This document shows, in pieces, positions 62,252 to 64,000 of a stretch of 64,000 nt of DNA. The DNA is from a virus. The stretch spans positions 15,811 through 79,810 of the IMG/VR virus record IMGVR_UViG_3300047388_000107; one strand, 5' to 3'. Made by a program: the position numbers and the translations under genes. The notes under the pieces are model-generated. The model was not told the origin of the DNA. It searched no databases and saw only the letters and a program-made list of their open reading frames with translations. Within the stretch, counting starts at the first letter, position 1. Each line of letters starts with the position of its first letter.

Positions 62252-64000
62252 TTACGGGCTGGACGGCCGGGTGACGGGCTGCGGCGGGGGGCCTGGACGC
62301 GGCGGACCCCCTGGTGGAAGGCCCTGGCCGGGTTGCGGCGGGTGTTGGCCATTGGCGCCTCTTGGCGGCAGGGGTGGCGATGGCGGGGCACCGGGCGGCG
62401 GGGCGGGCGGGCGCATGCTGACGCCCATCGGGTCGGCTTTCATGAAGTTGGTGAGCAACTCCTGATAGCCGTTGATGAGGTCAATCACGCCACGGGAATG
62501 GCGCACCGGATGCAGCATCATCTTGACCATTTCTAACGTGAGTTGAATGATCATCGGCGGCGGCAGCAGGCCGGTCTGCAGCATGCCTTGCGCCGCGGTC
62601 ATCACCGCGCCGATCACCTGCATGGTCTGGGCGTTGCTTTCCTTCTCGGTGGTCTCGTCGATCTCGACCGTGCTATCGGTTTCGATATCGATGGCGCAGA
62701 CCCGTGTGAAGTCACTACGAAGTATCGACATCACCTGCGGCGTGACGTTCTCGCCGGTCATTTTAGTGAGGGTTTCGGCGTCAAAATTCTTGGCAATGAT
62801 GTCGCCTTTCATCCGCATCATGTCGCGGACGAAATTGGCCACCGCGGTCTTGACGCCCTGCATCCGGCCGGTGCCCATGGTGCCCTTGATGCGCTGGGCG
62901 GTGGCGGTTTCATAGGGGTTGGAAGCGCCTCTAACGATATCCGACAAGCCGATGATTTCGTAGATCGCCTGCTTCTGCTGATCGCGGCTGGCGTAGAGTT
63001 CTTTTAAGGCGTTGACCCATTCGAGAATGGGGACGAGCCAGATATGGTTCTGCAATCCACCCGACATCAGGTCGACGCCATCGACCGGCAGCAGCTTGCC
63101 GTCGTCGGCGGTCAACAGGCTGGCGATGTCCTTGTTAGCGGCGTTGTAGCCGCCGCGGACTTTGATCTTGTTGGTGAGATCGGAGATGCGCCGCGAGGTG
63201 TCGTCGAGATCCGCGGCCAAGGCAGCGTAGAGATCGTAGAACGCCTTCGGGATCATGCTGTCGGTGGTGACGACGGCGTAGATCGGCTTGGGAATGGGAT
63301 AGAAGCCCTGCAACCCAAGGGCGTCCGGATCCACCCGCAGGGCGATGCCGCCGCTCTCCCTGATCAACCAGATAATTTCTTTGGTGGATCTATTCCAGAC
63401 CTCCCAGACCATGGCTTTCCTGATCACGGCATCGAGACGGCCCGCCGTCTTGGGTGATGCTCCGCCGCCGATCGGGGATTTGGCGGCGGTCTCCTCGGTC
63501 CACTTGAAGAGGTCAGAGATTTTATTTTGGGCCTGCAGCGCTTTCAGTTGCGGGCTGTCGTCGAACTCCTGCAACAAAGACTGTTGATCGAACAGATGCC
63601 GGAACGCGATCCAGCTGACATCCGAATGCTGCCGCACCGGATCCATCAACAGGTCTTCCCAGAACACGTACTCGTCATCGACGGTCTCCCAGATCTTGGT
63701 CTCCCGGGTCTGCGGCTCGCCGGTCACCGGATGCGCCAATTGGCCGCCCATCACGGGGTCGTCGACCGGGACCGGCTTGATGACCGGCTTCCAGCGCACC
63801 CGGCAGACGCCTCTGCCTGGAAGCAGCATATCCCGCACCGCGGATTTCACCGCCTCGTGAGAGGCCTCATCGGAGACGACAATTTCTAAGGCCTTCTCCA
63901 TCACCGCCGCGGCGGTCTCGATGTCGTTCTGTTCCGGCAGCCCTGATGGCGTCGGGGCCGGAAGCGCGGGGCCACGGCCGGGGGGTGGGGGCGCGGGAGG
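62252..64000 (-). CDS. Portal protein (right module; 5' end beyond the window)
   Basis: D.LLPGRG...VR, V.W.D, W..FR, VWE.W, L.GF.P.PKP, YEI.G.SDI.RG...ETATAQ.IK, IDIETDST; frame open to the window edge. Confidence 0.9.
   Translation of the reverse strand, partial: PPAPPPPGRGPALPAPTPSGLPEQNDIETAAAVMEKALEIVVSDEASHEAVKSAVRDMLLPGRGVCRVRWKPVIKPVPVDDPVMGGQLAHPVTGEPQTRETKIWETVDDEYVFWEDLLMDPVRQHSDVSWIAFRHLFDQQSLLQEFDDSPQLKALQAQNKISDLFKWTEETAAKSPIGGGASPKTAGRLDAVIRKAMVWEVWNRSTKEIIWLIRESGGIALRVDPDALGLQGFYPIPKPIYAVVTTDSMIPKAFYDLYAALAADLDDTSRRISDLTNKIKVRGGYNAANKDIASLLTADDGKLLPVDGVDLMSGGLQNHIWLVPILEWVNALKELYASRDQQKQAIYEIIGLSDIVRGASNPYETATAQRIKGTMGTGRMQGVKTAVANFVRDMMRMKGDIIAKNFDAETLTKMTGENVTPQVMSILRSDFTRVCAIDIETDSTVEIDETTEKESNAQTMQVIGAVMTAAQGMLQTGLLPPPMIIQLTLEMVKMMLHPVRHSRGVIDLINGYQELLTNFMKADPMGVSMRPPAPPPGAPPSPPLPPRGANGQHPPQPGQGLPPGGPPRPGPPPQPVTRPSSP

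Noticed and set aside
1-64000. Integrase, att sites, tRNA/rRNA, stop-codon recoding
   Set aside because: None recognised; core genes translate full length in the standard code

Overview
The window is entirely tailed-phage (Caudoviricetes, podovirus-like) DNA. I saw no host housekeeping genes, integrase, tRNA/rRNA or cas genes. The likely host is alphaproteobacterial (Hyphomicrobiales-like), based on a GcrA homologue and a GTTC-N7-GTTC LexA box. Two dissimilar virion modules sit back to back around a central early/control region. Left arm (about 1-33.5 kb, moderate GC): TerL, an inverted portal/GroES/scaffold/GH25 block, major capsid, P22 gp4/gp10/gp26-like tail genes, two HNH-type endonucleases, an APSE-like replication set (PolA, DUF2815 SSB, DUF2800 nuclease, SF2 helicase, primase-helicase), GcrA and many small early genes read leftwards. 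Right arm (about 34.5-64 kb, visibly higher GC): early genes read rightwards including a second DUF2800 and SSB, then a converging late operon with a second portal (cut by the window edge), scaffold, capsid, adaptor/nozzle, ejection proteins, tail fibres and a second GH25 lysin. At least seven gene families occur once in each arm, and some short DNA motifs occur on both sides of the centre. The window is therefore either a two-virion cointegrate or helper-satellite replicon, or two same-host phages joined in tandem or by mis-assembly. Other notable signals are a Pro/His 'HPI'-repeat protein family, a gene nested in the portal tail, a Q(Y/F)xLPK peptide shared by four late proteins, a thrice-repeated structured leader motif, palindromic iterons with DnaA boxes, and a cos-like palindrome followed by three repeats. 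All family calls come from motif recognition by eye; no searches were run.
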